Below are positions 42,501-53,777 of a stretch of 64,000 nt of DNA, in pieces (position 1 is the stretch's first letter; each line of letters starts with the position of its first letter). This DNA is from Oopsacas minuta (lineage: Eukaryota; Animalia; Porifera). The notes under the pieces were generated by a model that did not search any database, had not been told where the DNA came from, and saw only the letters and a program-made list of their open reading frames with translations. Where the stretch lies: the NCBI GenBank assembly GCA_024704765.1, contig JAKMXF010000299.1:434001-498000 (forward strand). The letters are read 5' to 3'. The position numbers and the translations under genes were made by a program.

Positions 42501-43511
42501 AGCTCAGCTTCTGATATACTGCCGTTGGCAAATGCTTCATACGATAATATGTAAGTTATCAAATAAATATATTGATCATTGTCCTAATTCTCTGTGAAAT
42601 TCACATTTCTCCTTAAACTTTTCCAGTTATTATCCATCTTGTTTATATTTGCACATCTTTGTAGACAAATAAACAGATTCTTTCAAGGGATAGAAGCACG
42701 ACAGAATCAACCAGGCAGAGTAAAGAATGCTGGTGACGCAGCATTGCAATTATTACAAAATGCTCATGCGAATAGTAAGTTGTCTACAAGACTATATTTT
42801 CATTAAAATTACATACTTTATCGAATAGTAATTTATATATTCTTGCTTATTAGTGGATGTAGATTCTACTACAAATTGGGCAGAGAGAAAAAGTACTCAA
42901 AGAAAACGTCGACATTCCTATCACCGTAGTGGTAGTCAACGTAGCTTATTAGCCGATACTACATCAATAAACAGTGATTCGGTAGCATTTCTACCTCCAA
43001 GGCATTCCTCTAGAGTATGTTATTATCCTAATAGACAAGAATCAGACGTCTTAGATAATGGTTCTCAAATACATTACTATGCTACTTTGCCGAGAAAAGG
43101 CACACTTCAACATTTACAACAACAACAACATCTAGAACAACAGAGTCAACAACAACAACAACAACAACAACAACGTAATGAATTACAAGTATTCTATAGA
43201 GTAGGAGAGAATTCTCCGAATAATTTATTCACAAGAGTACAACACACGTCAAAAACACCTTTTGTATTGAGAGATTTTATTCATAAAGTTTTTAAACGAA
43301 GAGGCGATTTCAGGTAATCACCATCAAGATTATTATTGTTAAGTTTTATTTTTGTTATTTATTTATTTTAATTTATTTTAGATATTACTTCAAATCATTT
43401 AGCATGGACCTGAACGAATCAGTTTGGGAAGAGATTATTCATGAAGATTTTCCAGTTCCTGAACATAACGGAAAAATAATGGCTCTTGTAGTGCCTCATC
43501 CTTCCTCATGA
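36528..43511 (+). CDS. AXIN: Axin-like scaffold (RGS - GSK3-binding helix - polyQ - DIX), ~11 exons, ~617 aa
   Basis: Exons 36528-36592 (inferred first, phase-matched), 38169-38441, 39290-39476, 39693-39889, 40774-40828, 40949-41092, ~42251-42385 (acceptor uncertain), 42453-42550, 42665-42774, 42854-43313, 43382-43511. RGS (LVEFWIACE...AFPQFKSTLYY). VDQFAAQIVSHIE resembles the Axin GSK3 helix EPQKFAEELIHRLE. The DIX end GDFRYYFKSFSMDLNESVWEEI...PEHNGKIMALV matches Axin DIX. Confidence 0.85.
41595..41843. mobile_element. Tc1/mariner-like MITE (249 bp) in an Axin intron
   Basis: Perfect 28-bp TIR CACTCCCTGGCCAAAAGTATTGGAACAC with a TA duplication on both sides. Confidence 0.9.
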
Positions 43512-44891
43512 TTATCGCTCGAACATCACACTTATTCACCATACACACAATGATACAATATTGATATGCAGTATTAGCTACTTATTAGTGGCAAATTTCT
43601 TGTTGTTTTGATTGTATTTTTAATCATTTTACTGTAGTTTTAATAAAAATTTAGATTGCATTATGTTGGTAGTATTGTTACAATTTAATTACACGCGAAT
43701 ATGCTATGTAGTAGATTAATGCACTGGAGGATGGGATCATAATCGGGTGACCCAAAGACTACTGGTCTGTTGACGGTCATGAAAGTGACGCGATTTGGAG
43801 CAACATATTTTAGATACATGAAAGTAATTAGAGCGAATAAATTCTACGTATATGGTTTTTCTAAACCTAAGCCCTCATCATTGGATAATAACGTTTGTAA
43901 CTTATTGTTGTTCCTACCAATTGATAGCTGTACCATGAATAGTGCTAAATATGACTGTGTATGAAACTAAAGCGATTTGGAAAAAATCGCGTTAAATTCC
44001 TATAATACAGTAATAGACATCAGAATGAGACTGCTTGTCAGGGGTAATAGAGTATGTAGATTTCAAATTCACATTTTCATATCTATATTTACATGATTAA
44101 TCATATTTCACACCTTTACATATTATTCAAAATCATGCTAGAGAAATATAGCATTAGAACACAAACATATAACCCTGAGCTTCACTACGAGTCTGTCAGC
44201 TGGACATTTTTTTCGTTATTTCAGATAATTCCTGAAATGTTCTATATTTGAAATTAATTTTATGGAATTATTTAAACTCAGACTTATAGGATTTTAGATA
44301 GAAAATATCTCGCTGGCAGTACGAGCGCTGTAAGTAAAGAGATGGATACTTAGGATCTTGGGCAATTTCCGAATTCCAACATATTGTATCGGAAATTTAC
44401 CGATCCGGATATATTGATATTCACCAATTTTTGTTTATGATATTATTTTCAATTATCACAAGGTATAACACAATATGTAAGCACATAAACTGTACCGTTT
44501 GATGTCCAATTAAGCAATGTTAAGCAAGATTTTGTCTTTTTTTCTGGTAAAATAATCTCATTTATTTCCATCTTTTAGAAAGCAGAAATAGTAATTTGGC
44601 GCCTTGAAGATTGTAGTTAATATATTTCTATTTATTATGCACATTCTGATAACTCAGATGATTATATAATCTGTGAATTCTCCCAATTATCTGTTTATCT
44701 TTATATTATTCTATCTTCAAATTGCTTCATTGAAACAATTATTTATAAATATTGTTTGTAATATTTTGAGTTATTTTACTAATATTTGCATTATTCACTG
44801 ATTTTCCATTATTTTCCATTTTTGGATCTAAAATATTGGTAAGTAATTATTATATTTAATGGCCTAAAACTAATATGAAATATCATCAAAT

Positions 44892-45054
44892 GGGCAGTTC
44901 AAACGTTATGTAACGCTACCAGGGGAGAGGGGGGGGGCGGTTATGCGAAGTGTGACAGCCCCATTCTTTTTGTATTACAAAACGGTGAAAAAGCGTGACA
45001 CAGGGAGGGGTCATAATGTAGGGAATTTTGCGTTACGTAACGTTTGAATAGCCC
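44892..45054. mobile_element. MITE with GGGC termini (PIF/Harbinger-like), upstream of DDX6
   Basis: 25-bp imperfect TIR GGGCAGTTCAAACGTTATGTAACGC / GCGTTACGTAACGTTTGAATAGCCC. No clean TSD seen. Confidence 0.7.
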
Positions 45055-45407
45055 CTTTATTGTGGTTCATATGCAACTTCTACTTTTCCCCAGGCTGTTT
45101 AATTTTATCAGATATCCATAAAACTTTTATTATGAGCTATGGTTATAGGTTCAGTTAATCCACACGGATTATAGTATGTTCTGACTTGGATTAACAAATT
45201 ATGTATACTATCTTACAAATTAAGTCACTATTTTTGTTTAACAATTGCAGGCCCCTCGAATCCTATAAATTGCAATGGACTTTAGTTGATTAAATGCAAA
45301 CCTCTTGTTTGGACGAAATTGGCCCGTGGGGACCATTTTTGTCAAAATACTCTTCTGTATTAGTGTGCTACTACAACATTAGCTACAGTAGAATTATTAA
45401 ATTATTA

Positions 45408-45545
45408 CGGTAAACTCTCGTTACAATGAAATGCTCGGATCCAAGTTTCATTTCGTTATGAGCAGAATTTTTTGTAAATGAAGTAAAATCAATTACATCC
45501 AAGCTATTGGAGGAATAACCACTTCATTAAAAGGGGAGTTTACTG
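45408..45545. mobile_element. Decayed pogo/Tigger-like MITE ending 47 bp before the DDX6 ATG
   Basis: TA|CGGTAAACTCTCGTT ... AAGGGGAGTTTACTG|TA. Confidence 0.6.
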
Positions 45546-45592
45546 TATTTTGTAAATATATAACTCCTTAGTAACAGTATAGGCACATTGCA

Positions 45593-47068
45593 ATGACAGC
45601 AATAGTAGAACAACCAATGAACTTGATTACACAGGCTAATGGAGAGTTTTTAGCCCATAAATCTGTATCATGGAAGGAGGGACTAGTCCGTCCGATCAGA
45701 GACATGCGAGTACGTACAGAAGACGTAACTGTAACAAAGGGTCACGAGTTTGAGGATTACAATCTCCGACGTGATCTCCTCATGGGGATATATGAAATGG
45801 GATTTGAGCGGCCCTCTCCTGTCCAAGAAGAAAGTATTCCAGCTATACTAGAAGGAAGGGATGTACTTGCCAGAGCAAAGAACGGGACAGGAAAGACAGC
45901 AGCCTACCTGGTACCATTGCTACAGAAAGTTTCCCCTCTGAAACCGTTCATACAAGCTATAGTTATTGTACCAACACGTGAACTTGCAATGCAAACTTCA
46001 AGCATCGCGAAATCTCTCTGCAAACATTCAGATGTTCGTGTCGTAGTAGTAACAGGAGGTACAATCTTGAAAGAAGACATTCTGCGATTAGAAGGTGTAG
46101 TACACGTCATGATCGGTACGCCAGGTCGATTATTCGATTTGATTCGTAAGGGAGTAGCTAATATGGATCAGTGTAAGATAATGGTAATGGATGAAGCTGA
46201 TAAACTGCTATCTATGGACATAAACCATTGCATTATTCAGATTATTAATTTCTTACCACCTGCAAGACAACTGCTCCAATTCTCAGCAACATTCCCACTA
46301 TCTGTCAAGACATTTTCCGATAAATATCTACTCAATCCGCACGAAGTAAACCTTATGAATGAATTGACGCTGAAGGGGGTAACACAATATTATGCATATT
46401 TAGAAGAGAGGCAGAAAGTCCATTGTCTTAACACTCTATTCAAAAAGTTACAAATACACCAAAGTGTTATATTCTGTAGCTCTAGAAACCGTGTGGAATT
46501 GCTCTCAAGGAAAATATCAGAACTTGGTTATTCCTGTTTCTACATACACTCGGGCATGCATCAGACCTACAGGAATAAGGTATTCCATGATTTTAGAAAG
46601 GGGAATTGTCGCCATCTTGTGTCAACTGATTTATTCACCCGTGGTATTGATGTACAGTCTGTTAATGTTGTAATTAACTTTGATTTTCCATCTGTAGCAG
46701 AGACTTACCTACACAGAATAGGACGTACAGGTAGATATGGACATCTCGGCTTAGCAATCAATCTTATAACTGATAAGGATACTGATAACTTGTTCAAGGT
46801 AGAAGCTGAGCTAGGTACTCGAATTCTAGCTATTCCAGGAGAGATTGATAAACGAATTTATGTGAGTGAATTCCAATACCTTGAGGATAACGAACCGCTG
46901 CTGCCCAGTCTAATCCCCAAACTCGCGAAACCTGACGCATGTGAGGAGAAGAAAGTGACCAAAGAAACAACAGAAGTACAAACAATCAAAGTGAAGGAGA
47001 GCACTGAAAAGGTTCTAACAGAAGTGAAAGATGTTACCACCAGCACGGATATAGCTGATACAAAATAA
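45593..47068 (+). CDS. DDX6: DEAD-box RNA helicase DDX6/Me31B/Dhh1, intronless, 491 aa
   Basis: DDX6-specific N-terminus ([17 protein letters not shown] motif [10 protein letters not shown]), [46 protein letters not shown]. Confidence 0.97.
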   Translation: MTAIVEQPMNLITQANGEFLAHKSVSWKEGLVRPIRDMRVRTEDVTVTKGHEFEDYNLRRDLLMGIYEMGFERPSPVQEESIPAILEGRDVLARAKNGTGKTAAYLVPLLQKVSPLKPFIQAIVIVPTRELAMQTSSIAKSLCKHSDVRVVVVTGGTILKEDILRLEGVVHVMIGTPGRLFDLIRKGVANMDQCKIMVMDEADKLLSMDINHCIIQIINFLPPARQLLQFSATFPLSVKTFSDKYLLNPHEVNLMNELTLKGVTQYYAYLEERQKVHCLNTLFKKLQIHQSVIFCSSRNRVELLSRKISELGYSCFYIHSGMHQTYRNKVFHDFRKGNCRHLVSTDLFTRGIDVQSVNVVINFDFPSVAETYLHRIGRTGRYGHLGLAINLITDKDTDNLFKVEAELGTRILAIPGEIDKRIYVSEFQYLEDNEPLLPSLIPKLAKPDACEEKKVTKETTEVQTIKVKESTEKVLTEVKDVTTSTDIADTK

Positions 47069-47359
47069 CCAGCTCATAACAACGTATATATATTATAAGT
47101 AGTTTACTATGTCATAGCAAAATCACTTAGAAACAATCTCTTGCACTCAATAACGTACTAACCATATCTCACACAAGAAAATTTATTTAGATAGCCAAGC
47201 TTGATTATGTCTGCTATTTGTGCATTTTTGTTTGTTGTTGTTTGTGTCATTTATTGATTGAATAATAATACTGATGTAGCGTTTATTATGGAAGCTATCA
47301 ATTATATTTTTGTTGTTCAAATATTTCGAAATTGCACTACGTAGAGAATGGGACTCCCC

Positions 47360-47415
47360 TCACACTTCGCATACTTCCCCTCCCCTTGAAGCGTTACGTA
47401 ACGTTTGAACAGCCC
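47360..47415 (-). mobile_element. Inverted left-end fragment of the GGGC-terminal MITE at 44892
   Basis: The reverse complement GGGCTGTTCAAACGTTACGTAACGCT..GGGGAGGGG..TATGCGAAGTGTG matches 44892-44955. Confidence 0.7.
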
Positions 47416-47711
47416 ATAATTTTAAAAAATCGAAAAATATCGATAATAAATAATTGTCTCGATTGGATTACATCGCTAGCTTGTAGCATCTATAAAAACA
47501 TAATTCCTTGAAAAGCATGTAACTCGATACTAGTTCAGATCTGCTTTCTCAGTTCCGATCCTAGTTTGTATAATAATCGTGACTGAATCTGTACACTCCT
47601 GACTATATTAGCTAAATTGGTGCACCTGTAGACCCAAGGCGAGGACGGGGCACGAAAATCTTCACCCCCCTAGGACCGCCACTGCCAAAAGATTCGGAGA
47701 GAGACATTTGT

Positions 47712-48055
47712 GTACAGATTTTCTGGGTAAATACTTAGAAATCAGTCTAAGGTTACAGCTCCCTTTAACTCGGCGAACTGCACACCAGTAGAATCTTTCA
47801 TTTGCGATAATAAATAGAATTTCTCTTCTTATACAAATATACAGTCAACATCCGTTATCTCGAACCCTCATTGGAAATCAAATTCTGTTCGGGTTAACGG
47901 GCATTCGAGATAACGGATGTTGACTGTATATTTGTATAAGAAGAGAAATTCTATTTATTATCGCAAATGAAAGATTCTACTGGTGTGCAGTTCGCCGAGT
48001 TAAAGGGAGCTGTAACCTTAGACTGATTTCTAAGTATTTACCCAGAAATCTGTAC
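47712..48055. mobile_element. Second foldback element (127/128-bp arms, 8-bp TSD) with an 85-bp pogo/Tigger-like MITE (47842-47926) at its centre
   Basis: Arms 47712-47839 and 47929-48055 are reverse complements apart from a 1-nt indel in a T run. TSD ACATTTGT at 47704-11 and 48056-63. Inner 23-bp perfect TIR CAGTCAACATCCGTTATCTCGAA with TA at 47840-41 and 47927-28. Confidence 0.9.
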
Positions 48056-48407
48056 ACATTTGTCTTTGTACACAAGTGTTGTACTTCCCGTTCTGATTGA
48101 AAACAAATAGATACGTATAACTTTAATCACAACAATTAATAAGATACAAACAATACACGTATAAACTTATTTAGTAAAAAAATTACAGAAAATATGGCAT
48201 GGAAATCGAGTATTTCTACAGAACTGTATTAATCTTACATAAGTAAATAATTAATGTGTTGGTTCCAAATTATATAAAAAGTTTGTATCAAAAAAAAAGT
48301 ATTTAAGAACATTTTGAATGGGAATTCTGTTAGAAAGTGAATAAGTTGCTGCTGTATTTATATTTACAAACATGCAGTAAGGGAGTGTTAGGTTGCGAGG
48401 GAGTTAA

Positions 48408-51400
48408 TTAAACTGTATCATTCGATTTTACGATTATTCGTATTATCAGTGTATCATCTTTGAGGTATTGTACTTCTTCTGTTTCATGTAATAGCTCTTC
48501 ATGGGAAATAAACTGTGGACATCCGTGTCCTGTCTCGCCTCGTTCTTCCATTGGTCTCTGAAATGCTTTGTCTCCACTGTCTGAATTCTGCCAGTGATAG
48601 TGCTTGCCACCAGGGATGTAGTTTAGTAGAATGTATTTACGGCTTCCGGCAAATGGCCATGATAAATATGGATCATTTTTCCCTAAAAGGACAGTCATAA
48701 ATACGGGAAATTCCGATAATACAGAGAATTCAAATAAATGATATAAGTGAACCATGGATGTATTATACGTATATGTATCTGTATTTTTGGAAGATAATTG
48801 TATGATTGAATGAATATATGAAAGAATGAATACGAAAATTACCTTTTGGATGATCGCTAAATATATTATGTTTTATATCCATGGTTTTCAACTACAGTAT
48901 ACTCTGAGTAAAATAATATGCTTACCTCTCATCATAAACAGTCCCAGACCGATATGTGTATCCTCTCCAGGTCCGAATCCATTAAGAGCAACAGACACAC
49001 ATACTCTATATCCAGAAGGACTGGTGTAGAATGGATTTGAGTAGATAAACTGTTTCAATTTAAATTTCTCGCTAACACACTTAATAACCCACGTATAGTT
49101 ACCCCATACATTTAGCTCTTCGATTTGAGATACTCTCTTACTGTAATTACCGAGAAAAGTTTTCAAACGTTTGTTTTCTTCGTTAGCTTTCTGTAATTCT
49201 TCATGGAGATATTCTACTTCCTAGAAGGATACAATATAATATCATACACGTAGTTGTTCCATAACCAGTTGACATAAGTTATCTCGATTCTCTAATGCCA
49301 GTTTTCTCGACTATTCACTATCTAGAACAAAATTTCTTTCCCAGTCGAAAATAGTATTTGTCAAGTTTGAGAAATTATAATAGTAAATTTTTTTCAAAAA
49401 ATGAGATACATTAGAACTCGGATTAGTTCCCATTAATTATAATACAAATCCTACTTGGACAATACGTTGACTAGGATCGTACGTACTAAATTTGTTTCCC
49501 GAAGTAGCACGTCTTATCCGAGTTCTATGGTATACGTATATTGTTTGTATTTATAAAGCTAGCCTCCTGTTTGGTTTGATTCTTCTTATCCTTGGTGGTA
49601 GAAGAGTTGAACTTGTCTCCCTCTCCGGGGGAAATAGAGGAGGGGGTACCAACATTGTTTATAGTCAGTTTATCTTGTAGCTTCACTACCACATTACAAA
49701 TTTCTAAGAGTCTTTTCTCAAATCCTTCCAGCTTCCCATCTAGCTTTGTATCAAGCTCCATTAGGCTATCATTCATACTCTTGCTGGTGTCAAACAGTTT
49801 CTTCTTTATCCATTCTATTGCAACAGCTTGATCTGCTTGATTACGCTCACACTCTACTATCTTAGGTTCACAGTGCTTAACCACCTAACACAGAGAAAAG
49901 TATAAATACATTGTTATTGTAATAATGTAATTTAATTGATACATATATCAATAAAATTGACGGTAATATCCTAGGTTTGCAATAACATGTTATCTCTAAA
50001 CGAACATTCAAATACCTCAAACAGCTGATAACTAATCAAGTATATAGATATGCAACTTATACAAGGTAGAATAATATTCACAAATGGCACAAAGATCACG
50101 TAAGGTTATACCTGCAGAAATAGAACCACCAAGACAGCCTAACTATCGTAGAATGAGTAAACCGGTTGTCACTATGGGGCCGATAGGGAAATCACAAGGA
50201 TATGTTGATGGAGCACGGGGTGTAGCATACCGCGAGGATACTCGCGAAATATATGTGATTGATGAAGAAAATTCGCGAATACAGATTTTTCTAAATGACG
50301 GTCAGTTCGTCCACGATTTTGGAGAAGACGAATTGGATATGCCTTCTAACATACTCCTACATGACGGACACTTGTTTATAACGGACTGGGGGTGGCCAGG
50401 AACATCTCTATTCAAATACGAAGCGAATACTGCCAAGTTAAAAAAGAAAGCGGGTAGAAATAATTTCGATCCCGAAAAGGGTTATAATTTGTTGAGACAG
50501 CCATGTGCCGGTCCAAACGGACACATTTACATACCGGACAATAACAACAACAGGATATGTGTATTTACAAAAGTCCTGGAACGAGTAAAGGTGATAAATT
50601 GCGAAGGAATGACTAGTCCAGTTGATATTAAGTTCGGGAAAGATCTTATGTATATATTAAGTAATACAGACAAATACTGCATACACATATGTACTTTATC
50701 AGGCGATAAGATAGAGTCTGTGATTACTAGAGGAGAGTTTAGAGCTAGAATGCAGGTACAATTCTCAAACTATTTCTTGAGAGATCCAGATAATAACTTC
50801 ATTATATCTGACTACAATGATCATACTGTTAAGGTATTTAATGCTAGCGGTGAAAACCTGCTATATACGGTAGGAAAAGGAGAGCTCAAATATCCAATGG
50901 GTGTATTCTTAACAAGAGATGGCGAATTAATAGTAGCATCTGAAAATATGGGTTGTGGAGTACAGGTATTCTCATCGGATTAACTATTCGTTTCAATGTT
51001 TGTACGTATTTGATACTCAGTAATTCAATGTATGTAGAATAATTTTCTAATACAATTATTTATATAGAAATATTTTCACAAACATGTGACAGCAATTTAT
51101 TGTTAATGGAACTTGTATTAATGTTTACTTCCAATAGAGTTTGTGCAACAATGTGTCAGTAAATACCATAAATGTAGAATGGGTTAGTATGAGATATGAT
51201 TAATCACCAAATATGTGTGATAATTACTGTATGCACCTATGTGTGAAACTGTCAATTTTCATGTTTATCGTATATCCCTAAATTTCGGAAGTACGCACAT
51301 ACATCTCTACGGGAGATACACCATACAACCAACAGAATAATACTTATAAACTATTCTTACTACAAACTATATTTAACAATAACTAATATTCTACTCACCA

Positions 51401-53426
51401 AATCTAGATGTACGGGAACAGAGTTATCTATATGATCCTGTAGAGCCTCTCTGTAAGGTAGCTCTAAACATCCATGGTTAATATAGGGACATTGTTGTGT
51501 AGCCAGAGGACATACATTAGCTAAGTGATCAGCAACCTGACTACGTGGTAGAATATTCCTTCTGTCTCCGATCATACATCTGTTAGGACAGGGTATAGGG
51601 TATTCAGAACAGCCTGTAGAGGCGTGGTGTTCATTCAACAGTCTGCTCTCTATGTGCTGGGCACAGTACTCACAGACTACCTGTATGAAATCAAATGCTA
51701 TTACAGTAGAATCAGATAAGACGTACTACTACATCACAAAAATATGAAATCGGTTAACAATGTCTGCTATAAACATGGTGATTGATCTTACTGGAATAAT
51801 TCATACACCGAGACTAAATATAGCATACATGTTCATTACTACCAAAATCTACGAATACTTTTCGAGACAAACGAACATACAGACAAGAGGAATGTTCTGC
51901 CTTGAAGTATTGGAACAAGGGAGTGGAAGTTAGTGAAATAGAAGAGTTGACTAAAATGCAGAAAGTGCTCTCTTAATCATAATCAAAGTGAATAACAAGC
52001 GGAACAAACTATCCACTAGAATAAATTAAATTGAGAATTCAAATCAGATATTAGAAAGTGACTATGTTTCGTAATAGGAGACAATGCACGTAGCAATTGA
52101 TTTCTCACACAAATAGCTCAGATAGTCAATGGAACTATGAAATGATCCATAATCACGTGGACTCAGATTTTGGATTGATCATCAAATTGACGAATTTCCT
52201 AAACTGTATTAAATTGGATGGGAAAAGTTTGAGATATATATGGGTGACTGCGTTTTTAGGGCCTAGTCGTTCCAATTTTAGAAATATACAGAGTAAACTT
52301 ACATGAAACTGCGTATAACGACAAATTATTGAGTCTAAAAGTTTTAGTAATAACACCTTACTGCAATTTCTGTTATAAAATTGGTCTGAATTTCGAGGTT
52401 CCACCATATGTGTGTACCTGCGAAATTGGTCAATTAATTAGCTCAAATAAAAGATAATCAGATCAATCCAAAGTACTCTAAATACACTTTCTACAACGTT
52501 AGAAAACGAAACGTCAATATCATATCGCTAATTAAGAGTATTAAATTGATATATGAACTGACTAGTCTCTTGCCACATCTTTCCTTGAGGTGCCACTCAA
52601 TTTGTCCTCTCAGCTCATTCAATCCACATCCCACAGGACATGGGATACGTATCAATTCACATTCAGTTATATGTGTGCTCACCAGGTCTGCTAATGAGCC
52701 TATCCACGGACAGGACCTAGAGTGTAGGAGAGGACATGACACTTGTAATTTTGATACCTGATTTTGATGTCTAGTGTCAGGGAATTGACCGTCAGCTGGT
52801 AATCTAAAATAATGAATTCAATATATAATATTAATATGAAAGAGCTCAGCTCGGTTATCATAACTTCCATATAAGGAAATCATTGACATAAAACTTTCTA
52901 GATACTTATAATGTCGTAGCATATGAAAATGTTTCCAAAATTCTGACGTAAGTCGAATTAATCAAGTATTTTATGAATTTATAGGTATTACTTACCGTAC
53001 GCTGCATCCCTCTTTGGGACAATCAATCTTGATTTGTTCAATGGCTCCATGAGAGAAACCAGGATTACTCATCTTCTTTCTACGTCTATTAACCTTAGCA
53101 AATGCCTGCTCCATACAGCTCTTACAGCAGACAGCACCGCAGTGAATAGTCTGTACACTCTCCTTAGCTACTCCCTTACAAAGAGCACATATCATATCAT
53201 CTGATACAGGATCTCGCATGAGATCCAGTTTGTATCCTCCCCAATGTTGTGAATGAGGTGATCTAACGTATAGCATAGCGTCTAGCATATCCTCAGGTAG
53301 TGACCGACAAGGAGAGGTTGAAGTAGACCCAGAGATGTATCTCTGAGGAGATGTGGGTGCTGTTGGTGTGGGGGGAGATGTAGAAAGGGGGGATTGAGGG
53401 AAGTTCTCTTGTGTGGGAGATGCCAT
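48408..53426 (-). CDS. TRAF: TNF receptor-associated factor (RING - TRAF Zn fingers - coiled coil - MATH), 6 coding exons, ~621 aa
   Basis: Exons 53426-52996, 52803-52563, 51680-51399, 49884-49536, ~49213-48926 (acceptor ambiguous, 49220 alternative), 48682-48408. Motifs: CALC..CGAVCCKSC, FPDTRHQNQVSKLQVSCP, C-x-C-x-H-x-C fingers, MATH YSNPFYTSPSGYRVC...RGKNDPYLSWPF...GHGCPQFISHEEL...YLKDDTLII. Paralog number not assignable. Confidence 0.92.
50084..50983 (+). CDS. Stand-alone NHL-repeat beta-propeller protein, intronless, 299 aa, nested antisense in a TRAF intron
   Basis: Repeated NHL-like blades: RGVAY..EIYVIDEENSRIQIF; GHIYIPDNNNNRICVF; NFIISDYNDHTVKVF; PMGVFLTRDGELIVA. No RING, B-box or coiled coil. 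Confidence 0.9.
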   Translation: MAQRSRKVIPAEIEPPRQPNYRRMSKPVVTMGPIGKSQGYVDGARGVAYREDTREIYVIDEENSRIQIFLNDGQFVHDFGEDELDMPSNILLHDGHLFITDWGWPGTSLFKYEANTAKLKKKAGRNNFDPEKGYNLLRQPCAGPNGHIYIPDNNNNRICVFTKVLERVKVINCEGMTSPVDIKFGKDLMYILSNTDKYCIHICTLSGDKIESVITRGEFRARMQVQFSNYFLRDPDNNFIISDYNDHTVKVFNASGENLLYTVGKGELKYPMGVFLTRDGELIVASENMGCGVQVFSSD

Positions 53427-53777
53427 GTATTGTAACTTTTGTATTAGTATAATAACGCTAATATTAGTAAGCAAATAGTAAGTACAGTGATGCAGTTATT
53501 AATTGAGCGTGCAAAAGTGCAGCATTTGTTAGAAATGGGCAAAACGTAGGCTAAAAATTACTGATTCATTACGTAATCGGTCCAAATGGCCTGGTCCCGA
53601 AGTGACCCTTACCATCTTATTTCACATTCCTAAATATATTTAATAACTATCGCAAAATACATATACAAAGCACAATAGTCCAGCAACATTTATAACAATA
53701 CAGATATACTTACCATCTCCAGCTCTATACAAGTTACAGATATAGAGATGCAGGAAAATTGAATGCTATTGCGGTTG

